A stretch of 64,000 bases of DNA from NCBI GenBank assembly GCA_951406725.2, contig OX597838.1, positions 22,630,001 to 22,694,000 on the forward strand. Direction: 5' to 3'. Position numbers and translations under genes: made by a program. Position 1 is the stretch's first letter; each line of letters opens with the position of its first letter. Source of the DNA: Octopus vulgaris (taxonomy: Eukaryota). The notes beneath the pieces were generated by a model that saw only the letters and a program-made list of their open reading frames with translations, was not told the origin of the DNA and did no database searches. Below, in pieces: positions 1-13,707 of this stretch.

Positions 1-485
1 AGTCGTAGGATCGCGGTTTCGATTTCCAGACCGGGCGTTGTGAGTGTTTATTGAGCGAAAACTCCTAAAGCTCCACGAGGCTCCGGCAGGGGGTGGTGGC
101 GATCCCTGCTGTACTCTTTCGCCACAACTTTCTCTCACTCTTTCTTCTGTTGACCTAAAATCACCACCACCATCATCACCACTAACATCAGCACCACTAC
201 CACCACCACCATCACCATCACCACTACCACCACTAACATCAGCACCACCACCATCACCACCATCACCACCACCATCACCACCACCATCACCACCATCACC
301 ACCACTATCACCACCACCATCACCATCACCACCACCATCACCACCACCATCACCACCACTGACATCAGCACTAGCCAGCGGGGTGGTGTCATTTGAAGGC
401 TAAAATCAATACGAAGCGCATTGTGACCAGCGATGTGTAGCAACATCTGATAGGCCTGGTCGGTCACGGTGAACACGGTGATTTC
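1..485 (+). mobile_element. tRNA-derived SINE (family C head, 5' end outside window) interrupted by an (ACC/ATC)n expansion
   Basis: 1-150 closely matches the reverse complement of 20040-20185 (B-box-like GGTTTCGAT, then GGGCGTTGTG..GAGCGAAAA..GCTCCACGAGGCTCCGGCAGG). Non-repetitive sequence at ~370-485 is taken to be its tail. Confidence 0.7.
160..372 (+). repeat. (ACC/ATC)n trinucleotide low-complexity tract
   Basis: CACCACCATCACCACC repeats. Confidence 0.95.
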
Positions 486-554
486 GACACATACACACAC
501 ACACACACACACTGCTTATATTTAATAATCCCAGATTTAGGCTGCAGGAGTTAT

Positions 555-609
555 GCTTTCCCCGTACTGAATAAGGTATTTTGTACCGAAATATCAACTT
601 ACGGCAAGC
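555..609 (+). ncRNA. Decayed type I hammerhead-like motif (G8U)
   Basis: CCGUA-CUGAAUA-A-GGUA(UUUUG)UACC-GAAA-UA-UC-AACU-UACGG: stem II is perfect, stem I pairs with a 4-nt offset, and the core has U at position 8. Confidence 0.45.
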
Positions 610-769
610 GATAGATGATAACGAAAGATAACCGTGCCGTGTGGTTTTTCCTATTGCTTCGAGCATATTTAAACAGTAATTCTAATACGATCCATATTTT
701 ATTGAAATTCTGTATGTTGTTAGGCGTACGGTGTCTGTGTAATTTGTGTGAACGTCTATATTTACACGT

Positions 770-835
770 TCTTCTGTCTTTCTGTCTATCTGTCTTGTCT
801 CTCTCTCTCTCTCGGTCTCCATCTCTTTCTCTGTG

Positions 836-873
<38 letters not shown>

Positions 874-971
874 TCACTCCCTCTCTCTCTTCTTTCTTTG
901 TTTTTCACTGTCTTTCTCTCCTCTGTTTCTGCTATATTTAACTGATGCAGGGTACTGAGAGATGGTGTGAA

Positions 972-1012
<41 letters not shown>

Positions 1013-1158
1013 TTACATATATATGTATATATATATACACATATATATACATATATATATATATATATGTATGTATATGTATATATATACACATACATAT
1101 ACATATATGTATGTATATATATGCACATACATATACATATATGTATGTATATATATGC

Positions 1159-1204
<46 letters not shown>

Positions 1205-1860
1205 AATATTTTCTATGCTATGGTTATATATATATGCGTGTGTGTGTGTTGTGTGTGTTTATTAATCTCCTTTTATGTGCAACACACACATATATGTATG
1301 TATATATGTATGTATGTATGCATGCATGTATGTATGTATGTATGTATGTATGCATGTATGTATGTGTCTTTACATACATAAAGACACATACACACGCATA
1401 TGCATATACATAATACATACATACATACATACATACAGACATACATATATATATAGCATATTTATATATAGCGCTCTATATTTAGTAAATGCTATATATA
1501 GAATTTCCGTTTACAAGCATACATTATACAGCTATTCGTGCGTGTCGAAGTGTGTGTGTGCGTGTGCGCGCGAATATTCACATATTTTAGTGTATGTATA
1601 TGAATGCATGTGTGTGTTTGTGTTTGTGCTTGTGTCTGTGTGTCTGTGTGAGTGTGTGTGAGCGTGTGTGTGTTTGTGTCTGTGTTGGTTATGCATATGT
1701 GTGTGTGTGCGTGTATGTGTGCATGTGTGCGTGTATGTGTGCATGTGTGCGTGTGCGTGTATGTGTGTGTACGTGAGAGAGAGAGAAAGAGAGAAATAGT
1801 ATAAGCATGCACACACACAAACACACGCACGCACGCACGCACACACACACATACACAGCT
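770..1860. repeat. Compound microsatellite block (CT)n, (TA)n, (TATG)n, (TG)n, (CA)n
   Basis: Direct inspection. Confidence 0.95.
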
Positions 1861-1899
1861 GAAGGTAAGTATAAAGATATAACGACAGGTGCGACACTA

Positions 1900-3520
1900 G
1901 CGCCATCACCACCGCCACGACCGCAGCCACAACAAACAGCTCGATCGTCATCACCACACTACTACAACCCAAGCACCCTAATACAACTACCACCACCTCG
2001 ACATAGACACCTTCAGAATTACTAGTACAGCCACCACCACTAACACCAGCACCATCACCACCACCACTACCATCACCACCACTACCATCACCACCACCAC
2101 CATCATCAGCAGCACTAACATCACCACCACTACCATCACCACTCACCACACTAACATCAGCACCACTACCATCACCACCACCACCATCATCAGCAGCACT
2201 AACATCACCACCACTACCATCACCACTACCACCACCATCACCACCACTAACATCAGCACCACTACCATCACCACCACCACCATCATCAGCAGCACTAACA
2301 TCACCACCACTACCATCACCACTACCACCACCATCACCACCACTAACATCAGCAGCACTACCATCACCACCACCACCACCACCACCATCACCACCACCAT
2401 CACCACCACTGACATCAGCACCATTACCACCAATACCACTAACCATGCAGCTACATCTTCAGTCCCTTTCACAATCTCCATCGTCAGCATAATCAACAAC
2501 AGCATCACGATAGCTTCTACATGGTGACTCAACCAGCTAGAAATAGCGGCCAAATGTTCTCGTCTTCAAAAATGGAAGGACATTTTGTTGTCCTTCGAGG
2601 TATATGCACAAGTCGGAATGGTCGTAATTGGAGCGCCATTTATTACCAGCACCATTGCAATCATCATCACCACAATAACCGCAAACGCTATTGACACCAC
2701 CTTCAACACAACCACTAAGGAAACTACCACCACCACTGCTATCACTACCAACACAACCTCCACCACCATCAACACCACCGCCACCATCACCACAACTATC
2801 ACAACCACCACCAACAACAACCATAGCCATCACCGTTATCATCACCATCACCACCATCACCACCGTCGATACAACCACCAACACGACGACAACCACCAAC
2901 ACGACGACAACCACCACCATCGCCACTGACATCATCACAACCACCACCATCACCACCGCCACCATTACAACCACCACCATCACCGCCGTCATCATCACAA
3001 CCACCACCACCACCACCATCACCAAGCCACCATTACAACTACCACCATCGCCACCACCACTACCACCATCAGGATCCCCACCAACGCAAACACCTTCGCC
3101 ACCACCAACACAACTACTACCAACACTAACACAACCACCACGGATACAACCACCATCACCCCCAACACTACCACCAGAGACCACACAACTACTGCCAACA
3201 ATTACTAACATTGTACAGTAGCCAACTACCGCCAACACAACCACCGCAAACATAACACAACCACCACCAACACGACACAACCACCATCGCCGCGAACACA
3301 AACTCAACCGCCGCCAAAGCAATATAACCACCACCACCACCGCAAGCACCGTCATTGCCATCGCTACTACAACCTCCGCAACCACCATCATCACCACTAC
3401 CTCAACTACCACCGCTACCACCGCTACCACCATCATCATCGTCGCCACCTCTACAACCAATACCACTGGCACCACAACCACTACCATTTCCCAATCCCTT
3501 ACCTTCCAAGCCATTACTAT
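1900..3520 (+). repeat. (ACC/ACT/ATC)n low-complexity region with internal ~90-bp tandem duplication
   Basis: CACCACCACTACCATCACC units; the block CATCATCAGCAGCACTAACATCACC recurs at ~2101, 2185 and 2281. Confidence 0.9.
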
Positions 3521-4192
3521 ATTTTCGGTGATTCTCTAAAAAAAAAAAAACCGAGGCCGGATAAAATAAAATAGAATAAAATAAAATAAAATAAAATAAA
3601 ATAAAATAAAACGGAATGAAATATTAATAAAATAGAATAAAATATAAATAAAATATATTGCCAACAAACAAACAAACAAAACAATATCACAAATGCAAAA
3701 TACGATAATTAACAATGCAGTAGAGACGGTGAGAGGAGTGTCAAAAGTGACAATCTGATTGGCTAATTTACACTATGTATGTTAAACACTACGCTCAAAA
3801 CTTCCCATCATGCAACTGTTTACTAGCGTGTCGTGCGCAACTACACATGGCTACAAACGTTGCCATTTTGATTGAACATAACGATATTTTTATCGCTTTC
3901 CTTGTCATCGTATTTTTCTTTCTCTCTCCTCCAGTTATATTTGCTCCGTCGTTCGTTCGTTTTTTTTTTTCTATTTTCTATTTTCGATTGTCTGTTTTCT
4001 ATCTTCGGTTTTATATTTGGCAGAGTTTCGCTTATTAAGTTTGGTGGGGTTTCTTTTTCTTTTCTTTTTTTTAAAAATTAAAAGTGTCAATGCGAAACGA
4101 GGATTCTGTTTGCTGATGTAGTAAATGTTTCGTAGTAGCTTTATAATAACGTGTTACTGTTTTTGTACAAGGGACCCTGAAATATGGAGTGT

Positions 4193-4235
<43 letters not shown>

Positions 4236-4236
<1 letters not shown>

Positions 4237-4384
4237 GGAGTAAACACATAAATGTGAAACAAGGTGGAAAAAAAGAGTACTCAAATACCAGTGGTAGAGT
4301 AATATGCTTTATTTAAAGCAGCAGAAAATTCAACAAAATCTGTTACTCTGAGTTTCTCGTTGCCGTTCATCAGACAGTTTTTGT

Positions 4385-4386
<2 letters not shown>
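4236..4386 (-). mobile_element. Short HHR-bearing element between (TA)n tracts (Penelope pLTR or retrozyme-like)
   Basis: ~150 bp of unique sequence bounded by (TA)n on both sides; contains the HHR at 4333-4385 followed by AATAAA on the minus strand. Confidence 0.6.
4333..4385 (-). ncRNA. Type I minimal hammerhead ribozyme motif
   Basis: Minus strand AACAAAA-A-CUGU-CUGAUGA-ACG(GCAA)CGA-GAAA-CUC-A-GAG-UA-ACAG-A-UUUUGUU: canonical core, GUA triplet, 11-bp stem I with one mismatch, weak stem II. Confidence 0.7.
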
Positions 4387-4455
<69 letters not shown>

Positions 4456-5015
4456 CATGCATACACGCACACAGATATACATACATACATACATACATAC
4501 ATACATACATACATACATACATACATACATACATACATACATACATACGTATATGTATGTATTTACTTTCATACATACAATACATACACACATACGTAGA
4601 TATGTATATGTGTGGTTGTATGCAATGCGGTATGTATAATTCTTATTGCCTGAAATGTGCATGATTGTTGCTTATTCATTTCTTCTGTTGCTTTTTTTTA
4701 TTTTTAGACCCAGGTCAGCCTTGCTTAAGCAGACAGATTAGACGTATAAATCACATGCACAGCAGACGTAACTATCCCGTCTTAAACGCACGTACAAGAA
4801 ACTGCAAACACCATTTTTTGCCGTCGTCTAATAATCTAGAACAGTGGAGGCGGGATTTGAGAGAAATTAGGCTACTAATTCTAAAAGGTCGAACAAGGGT
4901 CACTTTGGCTTGTGCAATGCTTGTGTGAGATAGCTTATAATGCAGCGTGTGTATGGTGTGGCTATCTATATAGATGCATGTAATGTGTTATGATTGTATG
5001 TATGTGTGATGTGTG

Positions 5016-5136
5016 CAGTGCCGGATTTAGGACAAATGAGGCCCTGTACTAGTTACGTTATGAGGCCCCTTATTTCGACAGGGCCCCCGGTCAACGGGGC
5101 CCTGTACTTAAAAGCACAATGGTAAACCCGGCACTG
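5016..5136. mobile_element. hAT-type MITE (~121 bp)
   Basis: TIRs CAGTGCCGG...CCGGCACTG; 8-bp flanks GATGTGTG/GTTGTGTG (7/8 match) fit a hAT TSD. Confidence 0.8.
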
Positions 5137-5241
5137 GTTGTGTGTATGTAGTTCGTGTGTACATATAGGTGCATGTATGTGCGGTTGTGTTATATGTATC
5201 AGCATGTATGTATGTTATTATGTATGCGTGTATGACTGTGA

Positions 5242-5284
<43 letters not shown>

Positions 5285-5469
5285 AATTGTCTGCATCTAT
5301 AATGGTGTGGTTCTGTATATGATGCGGTGTGTTTACGTTCGTGTGTGTATGTGTGTATTTATGTGTGTATGTATGTGTGTGTATGTGTGTATGTATGTGT
5401 GTGTATGTGTGTATGTATGTATGTATGTGTGTGTATGCATCGGTGTCTGTCTATCTTCCATCTTTCCCC

Positions 5470-5726
5470 TTTTAACTTGTTTCAGTTATAAGACTGCGCC
5501 CATGCTGGGGCACTGACTTGAAGGGTTTTGACAGTCGAACGAATTGGCCCCAGTACGAAGTGTTTTTTTCTAGCCTGATGCCAGTTCTATCGGGTCTCTT
5601 TTGCCGAACCGCTAAGTTACCGGAACGTAAACACACCAACACCGGTTGTCAAGCGGCGGTGGGGCACAAACACAGACTCAAAGACGTGTGTGCACGCACA
5701 CACACACACACACACACATATATATA

Positions 5727-5796
<70 letters not shown>

Positions 5797-5937
5797 GCGA
5801 CGGATTTTTTTCAGTTTCCGTCTGCCAAATCCATTCACGAGGCTTTGGTCGGCCTGAGGCTTTAGTAGAAGACACTTGCCCAAGGTGCCATGCAGTAGGA
5901 CTGAACCCGGAACCATGTGGTTGGGAAGCAAGCGCCT
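5470..5937 (-). mobile_element. SINE family A (tRNA-derived, CORE-like CCTTGGGCAAG motif, internal microsatellite)
   Basis: Reverse complement matches the full copies at 15298 and 18868. Confidence 0.85.
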
Positions 5938-5964
5938 ATAAAGGCAACGCTTATCAACAGTGGG

Positions 5965-6884
5965 GTCTGTCTGCGTGTTTGTGTATATGTGTCTGTGTGT
6001 CTGTGTGTATATGTATATGTGTATATGTGTGTGTCTGTGTGTGTATGTGTGTGTGTCTGTGACCGTATGTGTGTGTCTGTGTGTTTATCTATTTGAGTGT
6101 ATATGTGTGTATGTATGTGTTTATGTGTGTCTGTGTGCGTATGTCTGCGTCTGTGTGTTTACGTATGTGTGTGTGTTTGTGTGTGTATGTGTGTTTGTGT
6201 GTGTGTATGTGTGTGCTTGTGTGTGTACTGTATGTATACGGCGTGGTTTTATATATGACACGATGTGTTTGTGTATCCATGTGTGTGTGTGTATGTATCT
6301 GTGTGTGTGTGTATGTCTGTGTATGTATGTATGTATATTGTGCAGTGTGTATATACATATACATGTATATAACGCAGTGTGTTTTTCCGTACACACGTAT
6401 TAAGGTGTGTCATAAAAGCTATCTCTAATGTGTACGAGTAAAAATCTCAGCATAAGTATTTGTGTAATATTCGTGTAACGTAACGCAGGACCTGCATAAT
6501 GTAACGTGGTGCTTGAGTAATATAATCTGGTATGTGCGTAATGTAACGCGATATTTGAGTTAATGTAACGCGGGACCTGTGTAATGTAACGTAGTATCTG
6601 TATAACGTAACATGGTATCTGTGTTCTGCGATGCGCTGTCTGTGTAATTAGACATGCTACTAGTGTAATGTAATGTGGTCGCCCGTGTAATGTAACGTGG
6701 GACGTGTGTAACGTAACGCGGTAGCTGCGTACAGCGATATACTATATGTGTAATTTGATGTTATACCTGTGGAACGTGTGCGTGTGTATGTATGTATACA
6801 TATATATATATATATGTGTGTGTGCATATGTGTGTGTTTGTATGTATGTGTACATATATGTGCGTGTATATATAAATATGTATG

Positions 6885-6915
<31 letters not shown>

Positions 6916-7343
6916 TTGTATGTATACATATATGTGTGTATATATATATATGTGTGTATATATATATATATATATGTGCGTGTGTGTGTGTGTTTATATG
7001 TTTTATACATATATATGTGTGTATATATATATGTATATATATATATATATGTATGTATGTGTGTGTGTTTGTATGTATGTATACATATATATGTGTGTAT
7101 ATATATATGTATATATATATGTATATATATATATATATATGTATGTATGTGTGTGTGTGTTTGTATGTATGTATACATATATATGTGTGTATGTATATAT
7201 ATGTGTGTGTGTGTGCGTTTGTATGTATGTGTGTATATATGTGTGTGAATGTGTGCATGTATCTATGTATACATATTTATGTCTGTGTGTACATATGTGT
7301 GTATATATATATATATATATGTGTGTGTATGTATGTGTGTGCG

Positions 7344-7395
<52 letters not shown>

Positions 7396-7520
7396 TGTGT
7401 ACATGTGTGTGTGTGCGTGTGTATATGTGTGAGTAATAAGATGTGTGCATGTGTCTGAACGTATAAGATGCTGTAAACGCGTTTACGCACCAATGTGTTA
7501 ACGAGAACCAATAATAACTA

Positions 7521-7552
<32 letters not shown>

Positions 7553-7973
7553 TGTTTTGCTGTGTGTGTGTATGAATGTTCCTGTGTATGATAGCATATA
7601 CGCGTCTGTGTGCGTTCAGGTCGGTTTGATAAAGCAGACCTATGATCAAAGACGCTCCTACCATGACTAATCTAAGCGACGTTCGCTTTTCAGCCATCGT
7701 GTGTTTACTGTTATTTCAGCCAATGTTTCTCTCGGAGGTCTTTGGTGGGGGGGGGGGGGCTGAGGCAGAAGATAGGAATTTGAGGAAGATTTTGCTGCTA
7801 TTTCTAGCAGGTCAAGAGGCCTGCTGGAAGTAAATGCTTCCCTGCTTCCCCGATGACTGTATGTATGTATGTATGTATGTATGTACCTGTGTGTGTGTGT
7901 GGGGAGGTGTATATGGTTATGTACCTGTACGGTTTTGTGTGTGTGTATATGTATGGTTATATGTATTTGCGCA

Positions 7974-8007
<34 letters not shown>

Positions 8008-8237
8008 TACGATTATGTACCTGTGTGTGTGTGTGTGTGTATGTGTGTGTGTGCGTGCGTGTGTGTGCGTGCGTGTGCGTGTATGCATGAAAAATTCATA
8101 TATGGGTCGGAATTCATAGTGCGTGTGTGTGTGTGGGGGGGGGGGGGGGGTATATGGTTATGTACCTGTGCGTTTTTGTGTGTGTATGTGTGTGAAAATG
8201 CATTTGCGCATGTGTGTGTATGTGTGTACGGTTATGT

Positions 8238-8277
<40 letters not shown>

Positions 8278-8584
8278 ATGCATGCAAAATGTTTATATGG
8301 GTCTGAATTGATAGTGTGTGTGTGTGTGTGTGTGTGTGAGTGTGTGTTGGTATATGTTGGTGTGTATTGATGCGTGTGCATGTGCGTGTTTGTGTAAGTG
8401 GATGTATGTGTCTACGTCAGCGTGTGTGTGTGCGTGTGCATGTCTGTGTGTGCGTGTGCATGTCTGTGTGTGTCTGAGTATTGCGTATGCGTAATGGTGA
8501 TAATGTGCAAAGGTGTGAAAACGCGTCTACAGTTGTGTCCGTGTGTTTGAGCAATGCACGTTCATGGATGTGTATGTGTGAGCA

Positions 8585-8623
<39 letters not shown>

Positions 8624-8760
8624 CACGCGCGCGCGCGCGTTTCGGCATGTGTAGACGTCTGCATATGTATGTGTGCGCGTGTGTAGCTGTGTAACGTGAG
8701 TGTAGGTAGGTGCGAGTGCGTGCACGCGTCGGTATGCGTGCGTGGGTGTATGCGTGTGAT
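5965..8760. repeat. (TG)n/(TA)n degenerate microsatellite field
   Basis: Direct inspection; includes a ~240-bp tandem duplication (7900-8140 and 8145-8330). Confidence 0.9.
6470..6730 (+). repeat. ~21-bp minisatellite (consensus approx. GTAATGTAACGYGGGACCTGT)
   Basis: GTAATGTAACG/GTAACGTAACG recurs with ~21-bp periodicity. Confidence 0.75.
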
Positions 8761-8772
8761 AAAAGAAAGAAA

Positions 8773-8822
<50 letters not shown>

Positions 8823-8960
8823 GGGAAGAAGGGAAGGAAGGAAGGAAGGAAAGAAAGAAAGAAAGAAAGAGGGAAGAAAGGAAGGAAGAAAGGAAGAAAG
8901 GAAGGAAGAAAGAGAGGAGAGAGAAAGAAAGAAAAAGGAAAGAAAGGAAGCAAGACAGGA

Positions 8961-9004
<44 letters not shown>

Positions 9005-9545
9005 AAAAGGGAAAGAAACGATTGAATGGAAGCGCCGTAAGGAGTGAGGGAGTTGGAAGTGATGAAATAGACAGAAATAGTATTGGAGGAAGGGGGAAGG
9101 AAAAAATGTGTGTAGAAGGTTTGTACGTTTGTAAGTGTCTCTGTATGTTTATGTGTGGCTGGGAGTAGATGTGTGCTTATTAGATGCATAAATGTACCGG
9201 AGAAAGAGAGGAGAGAGAGATAGAGAGAGAAAGAGGAAAAGGGAGGGTAAGCGAGAGGGAGACGGAGGGGAAAATGGAGAGGGAGAGGAGAAGAGAGAGG
9301 GAGAGGAGAAGAGAGAGGGAGAGGAGAAGAGAGAGGGAGAGGAGAAGAGAGACTGAGAGGAGAAGAGAGAGGGAGAGGAGAAGAGAGAGGGAGAGGAGAA
9401 GAGAGAGGGAGAGGAGAAGAGAGAGAGAGGAGAAGAGAGAGGGAGAGGAGAAGAGAGAGGGAGAGGAAAGGGAGACGGAGAGGTGAAGAGAGAGGGGGAG
9501 GAAGAGGGTATATAAAAAATGAGATGGAGGGTGAGGGGAGAAAAA
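8761..9545 (+). repeat. Purine-rich (GAAA)n/(GGAA)n and 18-bp GAGAGGGAGAGGAGAAGA tandem array
   Basis: Direct inspection. Confidence 0.9.
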
Positions 9546-9737
9546 AAGCGGCAAAGATATTCTATGCATGTCAGCGTATATATATATATATAGTGTGTGT
9601 ATGGGTGTGAGTGTAGAATGTGAATCGGTGGATTGGTGAAAAAAGAAAAAAGGAGTGAAAGAGGGGGGGCGGTTTTCAGTTTTCAAGGGTATACACGTGT
9701 GTGTGTGTGTGTATATATACACACACATACATATGTC

Positions 9738-9778
<41 letters not shown>

Positions 9779-9904
9779 TTACATATACGGCATTTATACG
9801 CATTCCCATAGATACAGACAGATCGGAATGTATGAAGCACGCCCCGGCACTCCGACCTGACATGCATACGCTCACACCCATATGCACACACACACACACA
9901 CACA

Positions 9905-9958
<54 letters not shown>

Positions 9959-10152
9959 TATAAGTGTATATATATATATATACATACACCCATGAGTGTG
10001 TGTGTGTAGGGCTTATAATCCAAATGTATATATATGTATTAAAATACATAGTTACATGCCTATGAAGATGTATACATATATATATATATGTGTTTGTGTG
10101 TGTATGCATGTGTGTATACCTAAAATTTATATATATATACATGCACACATTC

Positions 10153-10185
<33 letters not shown>

Positions 10186-10462
10186 CGTACTACACACCCA
10201 GATATACATACGCATATAGTAAGATATAAGCAGAGAGACAGAAAGGGAAAGAGACAGACAGAGACAGAGACACAAAGACGGAGCGAGAGAGAGTGAGAGA
10301 GTGACACAGAGCGAAAGAGAGAGAGAGAGCACGAAAGAGTGAGAGAGAGAGAGAGAAAAGAGAGAGAGAAAAGAGAAAAGACAGAAAAAGAGAGAAAAGA
10401 GAGAGAGAGAAAAGAGAAAGCGCAAGTGAGAGTGAAACAGAGAAGTAGATAGACAGTCGGAC

Positions 10463-10556
<94 letters not shown>

Positions 10557-10985
10557 CGAGGGAGGGAGAGAGGGGGGAGAAGCAAACACGTGTATACCCT
10601 TGAAAACTGCGATAAACACAAAGATATGCTTTCTCCATCCCTTCCCCCTTTTACCTTTCTATAAACCGCCAATTCCCATTTTACACACGCACACACACGC
10701 ACAGACACACACACACACACAAGAAAACTATGCATGCGTGTGTATATGGCTTTATATGTGCGTGTGTGTGTGCGTGCGTGCGTGCGTGTGTGTGTGAGTG
10801 CGTGTGCGTACACGCATAACATGTGTGCGCCTGTATGTATGTCAAGTCATTGGGTATGATGTGAGTCATTTGCGGTGTATTTAGGCGAGCGTGTAGCGCA
10901 GTCAATAGATGCGCCCGTCTCTAGATGCATATTACAGGATCGTGTGTGTGTGTGTGTGTGTGTGTGCATATGTGCATGTGGCCAT

Positions 10986-11028
<43 letters not shown>

Positions 11029-11052
11029 AGCGCGTTGTGTAGGTATGAGTGC

Positions 11053-11098
<46 letters not shown>

Positions 11099-11558
11099 TT
11101 ATATCGATATGTGTTTGTATGTACGTGTATGTGTGTGTATGTACGTATGTGATCAAGGTTGTGCATGCTTGCATGAGTCACAAACGCTATATATATTTAT
11201 ATATGTGTGTGTGTGTTTCTATATATATGTATGTATATATATATATATAGAATGTATGTATATACATATACATATATATATTTGTGTTTGTCTGTGTGCG
11301 TGCGTGCGTGCATGTAGGTATGTGTATGTGTGTAGGTGCGTATAAATATAAATATATATACATACACACACACACACACAGAGAAATACATACATATGCA
11401 GAGGTACATAAATAAATATATATATATATATACATGTATGTACGTGGTACGTGTGTTTATATATATAAACAAGTATATCTATCTATGTATATATATATAT
11501 ATACATTCATAAATAAAACCTACATATACACACAGATATATATATAGATATAAATTTT

Positions 11559-11745
11559 TGGCTGTGTGGTAAGTAGCTTGCTTACCAACCATATGGTTCC
11601 GGGTTTAGTCCCACTGCGTGGCATCTTGGGCAAGTGTCTTCTGCTATAGCCCCGGGCCGACCAAAGCCTTGTGAGTGGATTTGGTAGACGGAAACTGAAA
11701 GAAGCCTGTCGTATATATGTATATATATGTGTGTGTGTGTGTGTA
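11559..11745 (+). mobile_element. SINE family A, 5' half
   Basis: TGGCTGTGTGGTAAGTAGCTTGCTTACCAACC..GGTTCCGGGTTTAGTCCC..TTGGGCAAGTG. Confidence 0.85.
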
Positions 11746-11751
11746 AAAAAG

Positions 11752-12083
11752 AGAGATGTACTTGCATAGCAAGCGACCTGATCTGAGATCGTGTATTCAA
11801 CGAAAAACAATTGCAGCGTGGAAGGTGTTTATAAGCCATTTAAAAAGCACACAAAAACCGTTAGATTCACTTCAACGTATAAATTTAATTTGTCAAAATA
11901 TTTGCGTCGCTTTGAGACCTCAACCTTATTCACTGACAAAATTAGATTTAGCGGAGACAAATAAAATTTAAATGTTGAAGTGAATCTAACGGTTTTTGTG
12001 TGTTTTTAAATGGCTTATAAACACCTTCCACGCTGCAATTGTTTTTGGTTCAGCACACGATCTCAGATCAGGTCGCTTGCTAT
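11752..12083. mobile_element. Inverted-repeat (fold-back) element, same family as 48562-48890, with a decayed HHR
   Basis: Arms ~11765-11890 and ~11960-12082 are reverse complements; the minus strand at 11889-11940 reads UUUGUCA-GUGAAUA..GCGAC-GCAA-AUAUUU-UGACAAA. Confidence 0.8.
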
Positions 12084-12086
12084 ATC

Positions 12087-12441
12087 GCTGCGTGGCACCT
12101 TGGGCAAGTGTCTTTTACTATAGCCTCGGGCCGTCCAAAGCCTTGTAAGTGGATTTGCTAGACGGAAACTGAAAGAAGCCCGTCGTATATATGTATATAT
12201 GTACTTGTATATATGTGTGTGTGTGTGTTTGTGTGTCTGTGTTTGTCCGCCCCCAACATCGCTTGACAACTGATGCTGGTTTGTTTATGTCCCCGTAGCT
12301 TAGCGGTTCGGCAATAGCGACCGATAGAATAAGAACTAGGCTTACAAAGAATAAGTGCTGGGGTCGATTTTCTCGACTAAAGGTAGTGCTCCAGCATGGC
12401 CGCAGTCAAATGACTGAAACAAGTAAAAGAGTAAAAGAGAG
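12087..12441 (+). mobile_element. SINE family A (5'-truncated)
   Basis: Runs from CTGCGTGGCACCTTGGGCAAG to the tail GACTGAAACAAGTAAAAGAG. Confidence 0.85.
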
Positions 12442-12474
12442 TATATATATATATATATGTATAAACATGTCGAT

Positions 12475-12618
12475 ACGTTCTGAGTTCAAATTCCGCCTAG
12501 GTCGACTTTGCCTTTCATCCTTTCGGGGTCGAAAAATAAAGTACCAGTTTCGCACTGGGATCGATGTTATCGACTTAATCCCTTTGTTTGTCCTTGTTTG
12601 TCCCCTCTATGTTTAGCC

Positions 12619-12621
<3 letters not shown>
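12475..12621 (+). mobile_element. SINE family B, 3' part
   Basis: ACGTTCTGAGTTCAAATTCCGCC..GTCGACTTTGCCTTTCATCC..GTACCAG, matching 46889-47120. Confidence 0.8.
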
Positions 12622-12692
<71 letters not shown>

Positions 12693-12789
12693 ATATATGT
12701 ATATATGTGCATATTTTGGACTTCGATTGGTGGTCGAGCACAAACACAAATACGGACGCATAGATATATTTACATATTTATATACATCA

Positions 12790-12936
12790 TGGGCTTCTTT
12801 TAGTTTCCGTCTACTGCATTCACTCACAAGGCTTCGGTTGGCTCGAGGCTATAGTAGAAGACACTTGCCCGAGACGCTAGACAGCGGGGGTGAAACCGGA
12901 ACCAGGTTGTTGCGAGGCAAGCTTCTCACCCACACA
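12790..12936 (-). mobile_element. SINE family A, diverged 5' half
   Basis: GCTATAGTAGAAGACACTTGCCC motif in reverse orientation. Confidence 0.7.
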
Positions 12937-13129
12937 ACGACGTCGAGCCAGGGTGGGGCACGAGTAACTTATCTGTCGATCCACTCCCTACGAGAGAACA
13001 ACCAGTTCTCTCGCCCCAGTTAAAATTTCCAGATCAAATCCGCATCACCCCACCTATAAGCCTAAACCCGGTCACAGTTCCGCCTTGTCTAAAAATTCTA
13101 TTGGTAGCTATATTTATATATATATATTC

Positions 13130-13640
<511 letters not shown>

Positions 13641-13650
13641 ATACATATAT

Positions 13651-13704
<54 letters not shown>

Positions 13705-13707
<3 letters not shown>

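Noticed and set aside
1855-1870. Possible 6-nt microexon cag|CTGAAG|gtaagt
   Set aside because: No polypyrimidine tract upstream (it follows a CA repeat) and no other support.
1532-3514. Long Gly/Val/Thr/Pro-rich ORFs (also at 20459-22011, 39067-40402, 44875-45651, 49852-51123)
   Set aside because: Trinucleotide repeats stay open in several frames on both strands; there is no domain and no supported splice structure.
9180-10619. 479-aa ORF and the many IY/CV/HT/LSIY-repeat ORFs
   Set aside because: These are translations of di- and tetranucleotide microsatellites.
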